DNA of 60,204 bases, counting the filler. It is 9 parts of 9 records of this genome, joined end to end, with 100 filler letters (N's around TTAATTAATTAA, not from the genome) between each part and the next. Parts side by side here need not be neighbours in the genome. Positions count along the whole stretch, not along the records: positions 35,591 to 42,119 come from SRR31147125_49702; positions 42,220 to 47,758 come from SRR31147125_49741; positions 47,859 to 53,158 come from SRR31147125_49768; 6 more parts are not named here. One strand, written 5' to 3'. Both the position numbers and the translations under genes were made by a program. Positions 41,408 to 52,273 of the stretch are shown one piece after another. Every line of letters begins with the position of its first letter. The stretch's first letter is position 1. The notes beneath the pieces are model-generated. The model did no database searches. It was given only the letters and a program-made list of their open reading frames with translations, and was not told the DNA's origin.

Positions 41408-42010
41408 TTAATCGAAGAAGAGATAGATTGGGCTACCCTTACCTTTTGGAGATAATTTACATCCTTGCTCGAGGAGAGTTTTTGCATCCGTCACTGTATA
41501 TTCAATACGATCTTGAATTTCAGGACCGCCAAAACGAGGGTCGTTGTTCATATGAATAATTTCGCGTTTAATTATTGGATCTAGACCCGAAGCAGCGTGA
41601 ATCATACTTTTTACAAGATCAAAAGCGAAATCTGCTCCACCCTTTTCAGCTTGAGCTTTTCCTTGAGCTGTAAAAGCTCCTACTATTATATGCTCACCTG
41701 CAAAGGTCCCATTGAAATTCTCTCGCTCTTCAACAGCCACAACATAATGACTATTTTGAAAGAGGATTCTATGAGTACCACTATTTAGAGTATAATTCTT
41801 ACCGCCAAAAGTAAAATTCAGTGGTGGATTACATACGGCAACATGATCGACTTTTACCTGATTTGCATAACCCGATTTTGAATCATAGTTATAACAGGTT
41901 GCATCCTTATCTGAGATATCTCCCAAATCACAACTCGATTTATGAGATTGAGCAAAAGCACCTAGCAAATCCTCTGTCTCATGAGGAATATCCCACGAAA
42001 ATTTCCGCAT
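41408..42010 (-). CDS. Hypothetical protein
   Basis: About 200-aa ORF (MRKFSWDIP.. after GAAGGA) with no recognised motif. Its stop abuts the GNAT stop. Confidence 0.6.
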   Translation of the reverse strand: MRKFSWDIPHETEDLLGAFAQSHKSSCDLGDISDKDATCYNYDSKSGYANQVKVDHVAVCNPPLNFTFGGKNYTLNSGTHRILFQNSHYVVAVEERENFNGTFAGEHIIVGAFTAQGKAQAEKGGADFAFDLVKSMIHAASGLDPIIKREIIHMNNDPRFGGPEIQDRIEYTVTDAKTLLEQGCKLSPKGKGSPIYLFFD

Positions 42011-42219
42011 TCCTTCACGCCTATAGCACTCAAAATCCAACCAATTACACATACCACTCCCTTATTATCCAATAGCTACTTATCGGTTAAAAACCAAAAA
42101 AGTTGCTGATTTTCAAAGANNNNNNNNNNNNNNNNNNNNNNNNNNNNNNNNNNNNNNNNNNNNTTAATTAATTAANNNNNNNNNNNNNNNNNNNNNNNNN
42201 NNNNNNNNNNNNNNNNNNN

Positions 42220-42688
42220 AGTAACTGGAGATGTGAAGATCTACAAAAATTATCTTGCGGGAGGCTTGGGTGGGATTGTTTTTATAGGAAATGGAAACCA
42301 AGTCGGAGCTTATCAAAAAAACAATGTGGTTCAAGAAAATCGGATTGTCGATTGTAAATACAATTTTCTTTTTAGTAAACCAGATTCGAAATGGGTTAAT
42401 AACAAAATTTCCGATAACTATTCATTTGTTTTTGGCAATGTATATCATTCCAATAATTATTCAGCTGGTTTTTCATGGACTGGAAATAATTTTAACTCAG
42501 CAGTGAGCGGAAACGCCGCCAATTCCGCGTCTATCCGAAAAGTATCGTTAAAAAATGATATTGATTGGCAAAACTTATCTCCTGGAGAGGTAGCCAAATA
42601 TTTCTTTGATCTTAACACTGATAGTGGCAGTTCTGCAACATCACCTTCTAATGCCAGTAATCTTCGTATTATTGATATCGAAGGATAG
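42220..42688 (+). CDS. C-terminal part of a parallel beta-helix protein, paralog of 45642-47076
   Basis: IY.NYL.GG, IGNGN..G.YQ.NN, NRIV.C.YNFLF, DS.W.NN.I.DNYSF, GF.WT.N, VSGNA shared with the downstream gene. Confidence 0.8.
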
Positions 42689-42887
42689 TTTATTACCCTA
42701 AAAAAATCATTTAGTAACACTTGTCGCCGTTTCAAGTACTGGGTTAGTGCCTGGATTGTCCAATAATTCTCAAAATCAACAAAAAGTACTCATTCGAAAA
42801 TCAAGCGAGACCTGGACTCAATTTCAGAATATTTCGTAACTAAAGCTTTATAGAGAGCAACATTTAAGATTCTATTGAGAAAGCATC

Positions 42888-43826
42888 TTGTCCAACACGA
42901 TCACAGAAGAGCTTCTTTCATATGGCCATATATTTTTTCATAGATCAGATTTTTCTCTTGAATTGAGGGGTAGAATGCTTTTGAGCCGGTATGAAGCTAC
43001 TGATCAAACTGGATATAACAACCATTATAAACATGAAAACAACATTGCTTGGTCCTCTGAGGCTGCTAGCAAGGATGAATTTATTAAGCGCTTTAAAATA
43101 CAGCATCTAACACCATTTTCAGAGGGGGGAAGGCATATAGACGGAAGCGTCCGTGGAGTTGCCATCGAACGGATGCTTTACTACATTAAACACACAGGAA
43201 AATTATCCTCAGAAATAAAAATCGTAGATGCTGGAAGCGGTTTGGGAGGGTTGTCTGTTTATTTAGCCTGCCTTGGATACACAGTAACTGGCATCGAAAT
43301 CTCAGATGTTGCTTGCCGAAAAGCAGAGGCCCTCTCTTTAAGGTTTGGTGTATCAGACAAATGTACTTTTCTTAGCGAGAGTTTGGATGAGACTTCTATT
43401 GAGGACTCGTCAATTGATGTAGTAATTGGTTTGCACACCTTTCACCATTTTATTAAGTATGCTGATGTTCCAAGAGAATTTAAGAGGATTTTGAAACCAA
43501 ATGGGATCGGTATCTTTGCTGATGGATTTGGTGAGAACCCATTTTTTCGATTGTTTCATGATAAGGATAAAATGAAAAGGTTGGGTGACGTTGTATTAAA
43601 TAAACGGTTGATAAAAAGTTACTTTAATGTTTTTTCTGTTAAAATAGAGCCAATAAGTTGGTTGTCTATGATTGACAAATTTATAGTCCGGCTATTCGGC
43701 TGGAAATTTAAGAAGATTTTCTACAAATTTAGCAAGAAACTATACGCTTTCGATCGGAAGATACCAAATAATAGAATTACATTGTTTTTATCTGGTACTA
43801 TTTTAACCTCAATTACTAATGCTTAG
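42888..43826 (+). CDS. Class I SAM-dependent methyltransferase
   Basis: IVDAGSGLGG motif I, VTGIEIS, FHHF..RILKPNG. Start is uncertain (possibly 42975). Confidence 0.85.
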   Translation: MSNTITEELLSYGHIFFHRSDFSLELRGRMLLSRYEATDQTGYNNHYKHENNIAWSSEAASKDEFIKRFKIQHLTPFSEGGRHIDGSVRGVAIERMLYYIKHTGKLSSEIKIVDAGSGLGGLSVYLACLGYTVTGIEISDVACRKAEALSLRFGVSDKCTFLSESLDETSIEDSSIDVVIGLHTFHHFIKYADVPREFKRILKPNGIGIFADGFGENPFFRLFHDKDKMKRLGDVVLNKRLIKSYFNVFSVKIEPISWLSMIDKFIVRLFGWKFKKIFYKFSKKLYAFDRKIPNNRITLFLSGTILTSITNA

Positions 43827-44225
43827 TCTTCTATCGGATTCATGAAACATAAGATTAAACGTAAATATTTAAGATCAAATATCGATTGGATTGGTTGAAA
43901 TCCCTAATCTGCTGCACTTGATCAGCTACTCCTGATCGGCTACGGTAATTATAATTACAATAGACTAATGATGATTTTCCATCGTCAGATGAAACATCAA
44001 TTGTAGCCTCTTAATAAACGAGATCCACCGAGTCTTCATACAGTGGTTCTGGCCTTTATTGATCTGTCAGGGGCCAAATTGCCGATATATCAGAAAATTT
44101 TACTTCTCTTCACTGACATAATTTCTCAATAACGAGATTATATACTTTTAGCTATGATATTCTGACGAGTTTAGATGCCTTATTGGCACCTTGCCTCATA
44201 AATAAATAACAGGAGATATTTAAGT

Positions 44226-45149
44226 ATGAGTGAGCAAGAAATACGAATAGTTGAATTTTATGATAGAATTTCTGATATTTTAATATGCAGCTACTGCGGA
44301 AATGATCTAAGTTTCAATGAAAATTGTTTGGAATGCGACAACTGCGGATCCTCATACTCGTATACAGGATCAGGCTCAATTGATATGCGTTTAAAAAGGC
44401 ACAAGACTTATAATATCAGTTTTGATATTGGGTTTTCTTTGACGAACTTCAACGATATCAAAGTCGAACCTCTGATTTTAAATAATGACCAAGAAGTTGA
44501 TTTTAGTAGTGTGGAAGTTCCTTTTCATTTGACAAAAGAGTTGGTCAGTTATTTTCCTAAGGCCAAGGATAGTGATAGTCTAATGTTGGATCTTGGTTGT
44601 GGTAGCACAATACATAAAGACATATGCCAACATGCAGGATTTAAATGGGTGGGATTAGACTATGAATCATCCGTTGCCCCAATTTTAGGTGATGCACACG
44701 CGCTACCATTCAAATCTAATTCGTTTGAGTTTGTACTGTCTATTGCTGTTTTAGAACACATTCAGAATCCCTTTATTATGATGCAAGAAGTTAATCGAGT
44801 TTTACGTCCCAATGGAATTTTCATCGGAACTGTCGCATTCCTTGAACCTTATCATGGAAACAGCTATTACCATCACACACATTTAGGGGCCATAAACGAT
44901 TTGAGTATTGGCGGATTTATAATTGATAAATTGGCTCCAAATACAGAATGGTCTGTAATTGAAGCCCAGGCAGAAATGGCACTTTTCCCCAAAATGCCTA
45001 AAAATATTTTAAAGCTTTTAATTGTTCCAGTTAAATTTTTACATAAACTATGGTGGGGATTTGGACAGCTGATATCGAAAAATAGAAATCGGAATTCTCC
45101 AGTAAACTCCACTGCAGGCTCTTTTATGTTTGTTGCCAGAAAAGCTTAA
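44226..45149 (+). CDS. Class I SAM-dependent methyltransferase with N-terminal Trm112-like Zn ribbon
   Basis: LICSYCG..LECDNCG, LDLGCG, GDAHALPF, VLEHI.NP, RVLRPNG. AGGAG RBS. Confidence 0.88.
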   Translation: MSEQEIRIVEFYDRISDILICSYCGNDLSFNENCLECDNCGSSYSYTGSGSIDMRLKRHKTYNISFDIGFSLTNFNDIKVEPLILNNDQEVDFSSVEVPFHLTKELVSYFPKAKDSDSLMLDLGCGSTIHKDICQHAGFKWVGLDYESSVAPILGDAHALPFKSNSFEFVLSIAVLEHIQNPFIMMQEVNRVLRPNGIFIGTVAFLEPYHGNSYYHHTHLGAINDLSIGGFIIDKLAPNTEWSVIEAQAEMALFPKMPKNILKLLIVPVKFLHKLWWGFGQLISKNRNRNSPVNSTAGSFMFVARKA

Positions 45150-45641
45150 TCATGGTTTCTTGGTGAACTTCATAAATTTTCTTCAAAAAAGTACTTTTTT
45201 GAACAGTAAATGCCCCAATACTGCTGCCTGTTAAAATTTACTAAAAATTATCATTAGACAGGACCAATAGATTTATTCTGCGTATTGGAGGTGAACCGTA
45301 TGCCTGATCATTGCCGAAATTCAGAATAGAACCGTCCCGTCTCTTGTGATTATTAAAAATTGTAACCCGCCATTAAAATTATACACAAATATCATTTAAA
45401 CTACCGAATAGTTGGGAATGAGGCTTTCATTTTCCTTGAAGGGGGGGCAAAACGAAAAATTATTTAAAAGATGAAAATTTTTTATACAGCTGAAAAATTA
45501 ACAAAATACAGTTTTTTGATCTGGTCGATTTATTCAATATCCTATGTCGTAGCAATAGGTGGCACCAATGTTGTATGTTACAATTTAAAATTGCAATGGT
45601 GTTGTGTTTAAGACCAGATGATCCAATTTAAGGAGTTCTAA

Positions 45642-47076
45642 ATGAAGGTTTTTAAAAGTTTAATTTTAATTTTTGTTCTTTTTTGTATTATTCCCTCTTC
45701 AGGCTTTGCTTCGACAGCTTATTATGTAGATCCAAGCCGGACCTTTCATGATCCTGATGAAGATGGATCCTACAAAAATCCTTGGAACAGTATCCAAGAC
45801 GTAAATGACCATGTTTTTAGCGATGGTGATGACGTATATTTTAAAGTTGGTACCAAATTGGACGCTTCCTCCAGTTTAGAGATTGATTGGGATGGAAAGG
45901 AAGGCAACGCTACAGTAATTGGGGCCTATTACGGTGAAAATAAATTTGGCCTTAATGGTAATGCTCGTCCAGTCATAGATGGAAACGGTAATGTTCCCTC
46001 CAACCAGGACAATGCTTTAATACGGTATTGGAACGGAACCGGACATGTCACTATAAAAGATTTGGAAATAAAAGATTCAGGCGGAAGCGGAATCATTGTT
46101 GGATATAAGTGGACATCGCAAGGCCTGCACAGCGACTATAATAAAGTAATAAACTGTTTTATCAACACTCCGGGGAGAGAAGGGATCGCCTTTGCCCGTG
46201 CGTCTTATGGTTTGATAGAAGACTGTGAGGTCTACGGAGCCTGTAGCGTTAAGAATCAAACGGCTGCAGGTTATACATATGCTGGGGCATCGATAGATAT
46301 CACAGGAATGGGATCTGAAAAAGTAACCCAACATAATACTGTTCGGCGATGCACTGTTTCATATGGGTGGGAGGGTATTGGTATTTATAAAGGAGCTAGA
46401 TATACAACTGTCGAATATTCTACCGTTTATGATTGTCGTTCGTACCTGTTATACCAAGCAAATTAGAGATGCTGTCTTTCGTTACAATGTCATTTATGAA
46501 ACAACTGAAGAAAATCAGCCTCCTGATGAGAATGAATGGAAGGATATGCTTATTGCCTCCGACTGTGAGAGCCACGTAGGTGTAAAACCATATGCAGTTG
46601 GTGGTTTAGAGATATACGGCAATTATTTATCAGGTGGGAAAGCCGGCATCGCTATTATTGGCAACGGTAACTTGCTTGGTGTTTATCAGAGTAACAATAA
46701 GATATATGATAACCGTATCGTTGCTTGTGATTATAATTTTCTATTCAGGAAGACTGATTCGCAATGGGCTAACAATCACATCTATGACAATTATTCATTT
46801 TCACAAAAGAGTGGTAGTGCTCATGCAAATGACTATTCACCTTCGGGATTCACGTGGACTGCAAATTTTTTCGACTCGTCTGTGAGCGGTAATGCAAATT
46901 TCAATTCAAACCCGACGACGTATTCATTGGCAAATGAAGAAGAGATATCTTCTCTTGAACCAGGTACGGTCGTAGCGTCAACATTTAGTTTTGTTAGCGA
47001 GACGCAAGAAGTGAATATTGCTGCTTCATCTACTAAAAAGGTGGTGAATGTTTCTATAGGCGCGTTGACTAATTGA
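45642..47076 (+). CDS. Secreted right-handed parallel beta-helix protein (frameshift near 46462)
   Basis: Signal peptide (..GFA), YYVDPS..DGSYKNPWNSI..GD.VYFK.G N-cap, Asn/Gly-rich repeats. Continues in ORF 46363-47076. Confidence 0.8.
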
Positions 47077-47126
47077 TTGCTGGTTCTAATACATTGATCA
47101 ACGCCATTTAAAACATTGAAAACTAA

Positions 47127-47151
47127 TGGAGCCTTCTAACGAAGGCTCCAT
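47127..47151 (+). terminator. Probable intrinsic terminator
   Basis: ATGGAGCCTTC-TAAC-GAAGGCTCCAT hairpin followed by GTTACTTTG. Confidence 0.7.
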
Positions 47152-47510
47152 GTTACTTTGTGGGTTCTAAATTATTTTGAAATTTAGATGCTTAAAAATG
47201 TTTTTTTTGCTTGGCATCAAGAGGATAAGACCGCGTCTGATTTTAAAAAGAGAAGCAGTTTTGAAAATCTTTATCCCCATCGGCCATTTTTTAAAGGGGA
47301 CCGGAGATAATATCGTTCTTATAATTTCCACCACAGCCCTGATGAAGATGTTTTTAAGGGAATGACATTAGCCAAGCTGATCGCAATGACATGGCCCTTT
47401 TGCGCTTAACAGACGTTGAGATGTTTGAATATCGCCATAAGATTCACCGAATGCATTGGGGAGAGAGCGACAGGGCCATTGCTTATTTATACAACGGTTG
47501 ATGCGCTTGA

Positions 47511-47758
47511 TGAGGAATACAGCGCCTCCCTTTTATCGGAACAGTTCGGCTTCAGCCGGTCGGTCATTGGCCGATGGGTGAAATTGTATCGGCAGGGTGG
47601 GCCTTCCGTGCTTGAGACTAAACGTCCCTCTGGCGGCAACACCAAGGTGCCCCCCGAGGTCCGGTAACGGATGGTGGCGGTGAAGAAAGCCCACCCTGAA
47701 TATGGACCGCGGCGGATAGCCGATTTCATCAAACGATTTTTCCTGATTCCCACGAGCC
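47511..47758 (+). pseudogene. IS481-like transposase remnant with an in-frame TAA (47665-47667)
   Basis: HTH ..FGFSRSVIGRWVKLYRQGG..VPPEVR*RMVAVKKAHPEYGPRRIADFIKRFFLI. The frame continues past the stop. Confidence 0.75.
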
Positions 47759-47858
47759 NNNNNNNNNNNNNNNNNNNNNNNNNNNNNNNNNNNNNNNNNN
47801 NNTTAATTAATTAANNNNNNNNNNNNNNNNNNNNNNNNNNNNNNNNNNNNNNNNNNNN

Positions 47859-49007
47859 AGATAAAGAATGGGGCTGTGGGCGGGGTCTTATTGCCCAGGC
47901 CCAGGTTGGTGCCCAGGATGGCGGCAAAGTGGATGGGATGGATGCCGATTTCCGTGACAACGGGAAAGAGCAGGGCTGCAGCCAGAATGGTGCCGGAAAA
48001 ATCATCCATGATCATGCCAAGAAGAAGCAGAAAAATATTGACCAGAAAAAGGATTAAATACTTATTGTCCGTCAGGCCGAACAGCATCTCAATCATTTTC
48101 TGGGGGACATTTTCCATGACATAAATTTTAGACAGCATCATCACAAAAAAGACCATGAGCACAATGACGCCTGTGGTGGTAACCGAGGTGACCAGAGAAT
48201 CTTTAAGCATTTTAAAGGTCATGGTCCGGTAGATCAAAAACCCCACCAGAATACAATAAATGGATGCCACGCCCGCCGCTTCCGTGGGGGTAAACACCCC
48301 GCCGTAAATCCCTCCCAGGACAATCACCGGCAAAAGCAGGGCCCAGAACCCTTTTTTAAAGGCAACACCGAACTCCTTGGCCTTTTCCGTCATGGTGGCC
48401 GGCGGCAGTACTTTGATGGGCAACTTTCTGACCACCACCCAATTGACGAAACTATAGAGGAAAACCATAATCAGCCCGGGCACCACCGTTGAAAGAAAAC
48501 AGGCGGCCACAGACTGCCAGGTCACCCAGGCGTAAAGGATCATGGGAACACTGGGGGGGATAAGCTGTCCTTCCACCGAAGCCGCAGAAATAATGGCTGT
48601 GGCATGCCCCCGGGGATATCCCGGTCCACCATTCTCGGAATCATGATACTGCCCACAGCAGCCACGGCCGCCGTGCAGGTCCCTGAAATGGCCCCAAAAA
48701 GTGCGGAACTTAACACCGAAACCGTGCCCAGTCCGCTTTTGCTTCTGCCGAAAAGGGAATCGGAAACCGCCACCAGCCTGGCCGCGATACCTGTACTGCT
48801 CATAATTCCCCCCATGAGGATAAAAAAGAGCACACAGAGAACCGCCAGGGAGTTGATCTGATGAAAGCCTGTGGAAATCAAAAATACGGGATTGAACCCC
48901 CCGGTGGAGACCATCATAAAAAGAACGGCAGCCATAAAGCAGAAAGGAACAGGCACTCCCAGGACCATCAAGACCAAAAGAATTACCAAATCTATTACAA
49001 CGTTCAT
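47859..49007 (-). CDS. dctM: TRAP transporter large permease DctM (frameshift near 48620, 3'-truncated)
   Basis: FGAISG..AAVAAVGSIMIPRM, LIPPSVPMILY, GGIYGGVFTPTEAA, GIHPIHF, TPP. Confidence 0.92.
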
Positions 49008-49558
49008 TTATCTTCGATCCTTTCAAGCAAGGGGTAAAAAACAGGTTTCTTTCCACAGGAGGCGAGAAAATTGTCTATCAATTCAAGTGTAAAATAAAAT
49101 GCCATGGCAACGGACCCGATAAAAACAGCGCTCTGGCAGATGATTTTAGGCAGAAGAAGGGCCTGGGATGTGCCGCCCCTTTTCAACTCCCACATAAAAT
49201 AGGGATAGGTCCAGGTCACAAGAATGATGGCCAGAGCCACTGTCAGCAGGCTTGAGATGGTGCGAAACACCGCCAGGGACCGCTCATCTTTGACCCATAT
49301 GTTTATTAGTTCAGCCTTGATATGGGTTCTTTCATAGGCACCGTAGGAGGCCCCCATAAAGTAGAGCCAGATGCCGATAAACAGGATGAGTTCTTCAATG
49401 CCGAAAAGCGGGGCACCCAGGACATACCGTAAAAACACCTCTGTAAAAATCAAAATGCCGACAACAGAACCGCCACCGACCATAATCACTTTTTGAAGAA
49501 ACAAAGGCAGTTTCCAAAGAAGCATTGCAAGGTTTTTCATATATTCACTATTCAGCAC
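49004..49558 (-). CDS. dctQ: TRAP transporter small permease DctQ
   Basis: EVFLRYVLGAPLFGIEEL..W.YFMGA....HI, four TMs, located between dctP and dctM. Confidence 0.88.
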   Translation of the reverse strand: MLNSEYMKNLAMLLWKLPLFLQKVIMVGGGSVVGILIFTEVFLRYVLGAPLFGIEELILFIGIWLYFMGASYGAYERTHIKAELINIWVKDERSLAVFRTISSLLTVALAIILVTWTYPYFMWELKRGGTSQALLLPKIICQSAVFIGSVAMAFYFTLELIDNFLASCGKKPVFYPLLERIEDK

Positions 49559-49561
49559 CCT

Positions 49562-49637
49562 AAACCGGGGCGGTTATTTAATGTTTTGGCCCTGGTTTCG
49601 AACCGGAACCGGCGTGGTGACGCCAAGGTCCCGGTCC
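49562..49637 (-). other. Two intergenic stem-loops between dctP and dctQ
   Basis: AAACCGGGGC/GCCCTGGTTT and GAACCGGAACC-GGCGT-GGTG-ACGCC-..GGTCCCGGTCC. The position is typical of mRNA-stabilising elements after a binding-protein gene. Confidence 0.5.
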
Positions 49638-49701
49638 AAACCAAAGCAAATTCAGCCCAAGTGCTTGTCAATCCGAACACAGGGGCCTGATTCCATGACG
49701 A

Positions 49702-50720
49702 TTATTTCATACCCACGTGGGCCCGGCACTCATCCACAAGGCGCTTGCCAATGAGAGATTCCAGTTCGGCCATACTTCGGTACGAATCTTGGTTGCAAAC
49801 CCTTTAAGCTGCTCATCCGTGGGAACAATGACCTTCATTCCGTATTCAGCCATTTTTTGACGATACTCTTCGTCTTCTTTCAAAAAATGATCCCAGCGGC
49901 CGTCAATCTGTTTCTGGGCCGCAGTAAGAACCGCCTTTTGATCGGCCTCGGACAGTTTATTAAACTTGTCCTTGTTCACCATGAACCACAGGGGTTCGAG
50001 AAAGTCATTGGTCTGAATCCATACTTTCTGGATATCGCGGAACTGGTAGCCCTGGAAGGGAGGCCCTCCGCTTTCACCCTCGGCCACACCCCGCTCAATG
50101 GCGGAATAGGTCTCAGCATAGGGGATGGTGGACGGAATGTAGCCCAATGCTTTCCAGGTCAGCTGGCAGGCTTTGAGGGGCATGACGCGAACCTTCATCT
50201 TGTTGGGTTTCATCTCGGCCCAGCCCTGGGGTTCTTCTTTGGTTGTGATGCCTGCCCAGCCCGAGGGATAGATGCCAAGGCCTTTGATGCCCTGTTCTTC
50301 CAACAGGCCGTCAACCATGTTATATACCCATCCGCCCTGGTTGTAGGCGGCTTTTGCCTCTTCCGTGTTGGTAAACATATACGGCATATAATACCCGATA
50401 TTCAAACGGGGATCATAGTTCGGCGCCAGGGGGAGAAGCCCCATGTCCACGTCACCGCGCATGATGTATTCGTTCACATCCACCCAGTCACCCAGAACGC
50501 CGCCGGAATAAACTTTAATGGTAACCCGTCCGTCGGTTGCTTTTTTTACTTCTTCTGCAAAGGCCACACATCTTCTGTGATGGTCACTGTCCTCGGGCAT
50601 GATCTGGGCCAAACGCCAGGTCACTTTGGAATCCTTTGCCGTGCAAAACCCTGCCAGGCCCAGTGACAAAACCGCCACAGCACCGGCAAGTGCTGCCACC
50701 TGCTTTAATCTTCGGAACAT
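49702..50720 (-). CDS. dctP: TRAP substrate-binding protein DctP (1-nt frameshift near 49768; true stop about 49702)
   Basis: Signal peptide, FAEEVKKATDGRVTIKVYSGGVLG, KVRVM, PYAETYSAIERG. The corrected C-terminus reads WPELESLIGKRLVDECRAHVGMK*. Confidence 0.9.
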
Positions 50721-50964
50721 AAACTTTCTCCTCTTCTTGTTTGGTTAACGGCCACTGATATTCCAGCTAATCGTCCAGCTAATTGTCCAGTTGATACCCA
50801 ATTTGTCAGTCAACAGGACGCCTAAGGGCCGCAATTCATTTTGACAGACCTACAAATTCGTCTCCGGCCCGCCAATTCAACTTTGGTTTTTCCATATGGC
50901 GGCATGGAAAAACAATATTCTGTATCCGCTATATCAGCCTACACAATCTAAGTAATCAGCATAG

Positions 50965-50980
50965 AGCATATATCGTGCCG
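50965..50980 (-). promoter_or_regulatory. Sigma54 (-24/-12) promoter of dctPQM
   Basis: Minus strand CGGCACGATATATGCT versus consensus TGGCACGnnnnTTGCw. GG and GC have the exact spacing, and an AT-rich tract lies upstream. Confidence 0.7.
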
Positions 50981-51144
50981 CTGATTCAGGATGATACTTT
51001 AAAAAAAGGATGAAAAATTTAATCTTAAAATTTTAGGTGGTTAACAAGGCCGATCAAACAAAATTGCCGTCCGACAGGACGTTTCCAGGTTAATCTCTGC
51101 CTGCCGCCCTAAAAGCCGCCTTAAAAACCAACAATTTTGTCATT

Positions 51145-52251
51145 TCATTGGCAGCATCCCCTCAGGTCAATGGGCCATGTCCCTGTGACCTGACCATTTT
51201 GCACCAGGACATAACCATCAAACAAGTTCACTGTTGGGTCACAATGGCTGACCACCAACTCAAGCCGATCTCCCAAGACGGGCAAGGCGCCCTTGTTTAC
51301 AAGCGAAATCCGTCCATATTCGTCCCCGAACCAGTCATAGGTCAGGTGGGGGCACCCGACAATCCGGGGCACCCCGCCATCCCGGTAAAGGGATTTCAGG
51401 CCGGCATCCGCAGTTACAAATTTGTCATGGTTAACGGATATCACAGTGGAAAGCAATGTCAAGGCCGGTGGAAAAACCATGGCCCCGGCACTGTGCCACC
51501 CAATCCGTGAATACTCGTCATCCATGAGCACATAGGAACCAACCTGAAGCTCGGTGACCGCCTCAACTTCAAGATCGATATCAAAGGTGCCCGTGCCTGA
51601 GGTGCTGAAAATCCGGCAGGCCGGACTTTGCTGTTTCAGCGCCTCAAATATCCGGGCCGCCCCTTTCAGGCAGTCAAGGGAGGCCTTTTTACGCTCATCA
51701 AAGCCATCAATATGCTGAACCTGCCCGGCATAGGCCTGGATACCGCAAAGGGTGAGCCGGTTGCAGGACATGATATGCAAGGCCGCGTCCATGGCACGGT
51801 CCAGGGGCACACCGGTTCGGTTTAAGCCCACATCCAGATCCAGGAGCACATCCATGCGGGCATTCATGGAGCCCAGCGCCTCATTAAGGGCCGTGGCCGT
51901 AAGGGGATGATCAATCACCGTCATCAGGCTGGAAGATGCCTCCCCCATCTGCGCCAATTGGTTCACCTTAACCGATCCTGCCACAGGGCCTGTGATCAGA
52001 ATATTTTCAATTCCCCTGTCCATGAGCACCCGGGCCTCGGAAAGTTTGGCCGCGCAGATTCCCACGGCCCCGGCATCCACCTGTTTTTGGGCCAGTTTGG
52101 AACATTTATGGGTTTTGGCGTGGGGCCGGAGCTGTTTTCCAGCCCCTTCCACGGTGCGCTGCATATAATCGATATTTTTTTCCAATTGGTCCATATCCAG
52201 AAGCAGGCAGGGGGTATGGATCTTATCCAGTGACGTGGTCATATTTTGCAT
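51145..52251 (-). CDS. DSD1/D-threonine-aldolase-family fold-III PLP enzyme
   Basis: TPCLLLD, LRPHAKTHK (PLP Lys), RTGV, GIQAYAG, GTGTF, ELQVGSYVLMD, DAGLKSL, SHCDPTVNLFD. Confidence 0.92.
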   Translation of the reverse strand: MQNMTTSLDKIHTPCLLLDMDQLEKNIDYMQRTVEGAGKQLRPHAKTHKCSKLAQKQVDAGAVGICAAKLSEARVLMDRGIENILITGPVAGSVKVNQLAQMGEASSSLMTVIDHPLTATALNEALGSMNARMDVLLDLDVGLNRTGVPLDRAMDAALHIMSCNRLTLCGIQAYAGQVQHIDGFDERKKASLDCLKGAARIFEALKQQSPACRIFSTSGTGTFDIDLEVEAVTELQVGSYVLMDDEYSRIGWHSAGAMVFPPALTLLSTVISVNHDKFVTADAGLKSLYRDGGVPRIVGCPHLTYDWFGDEYGRISLVNKGALPVLGDRLELVVSHCDPTVNLFDGYVLVQNGQVTGTWPIDLRGCCQ

Positions 52252-52273
52252 CCCATAACGCCTTGGTGGCGTC

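Noticed and set aside
46464-46466. TAG read-through (pyrrolysine) in the beta-helix gene
   Set aside because: The same frame hits TGA about 10 codons later, and the paralog-matching sequence continues in another frame.
49857-50666. 269-aa plus-strand ORF and the other long antisense ORFs in the track
   Set aside because: Shadow frames opposite well-supported genes, expected in GC-rich or repetitive coding DNA.
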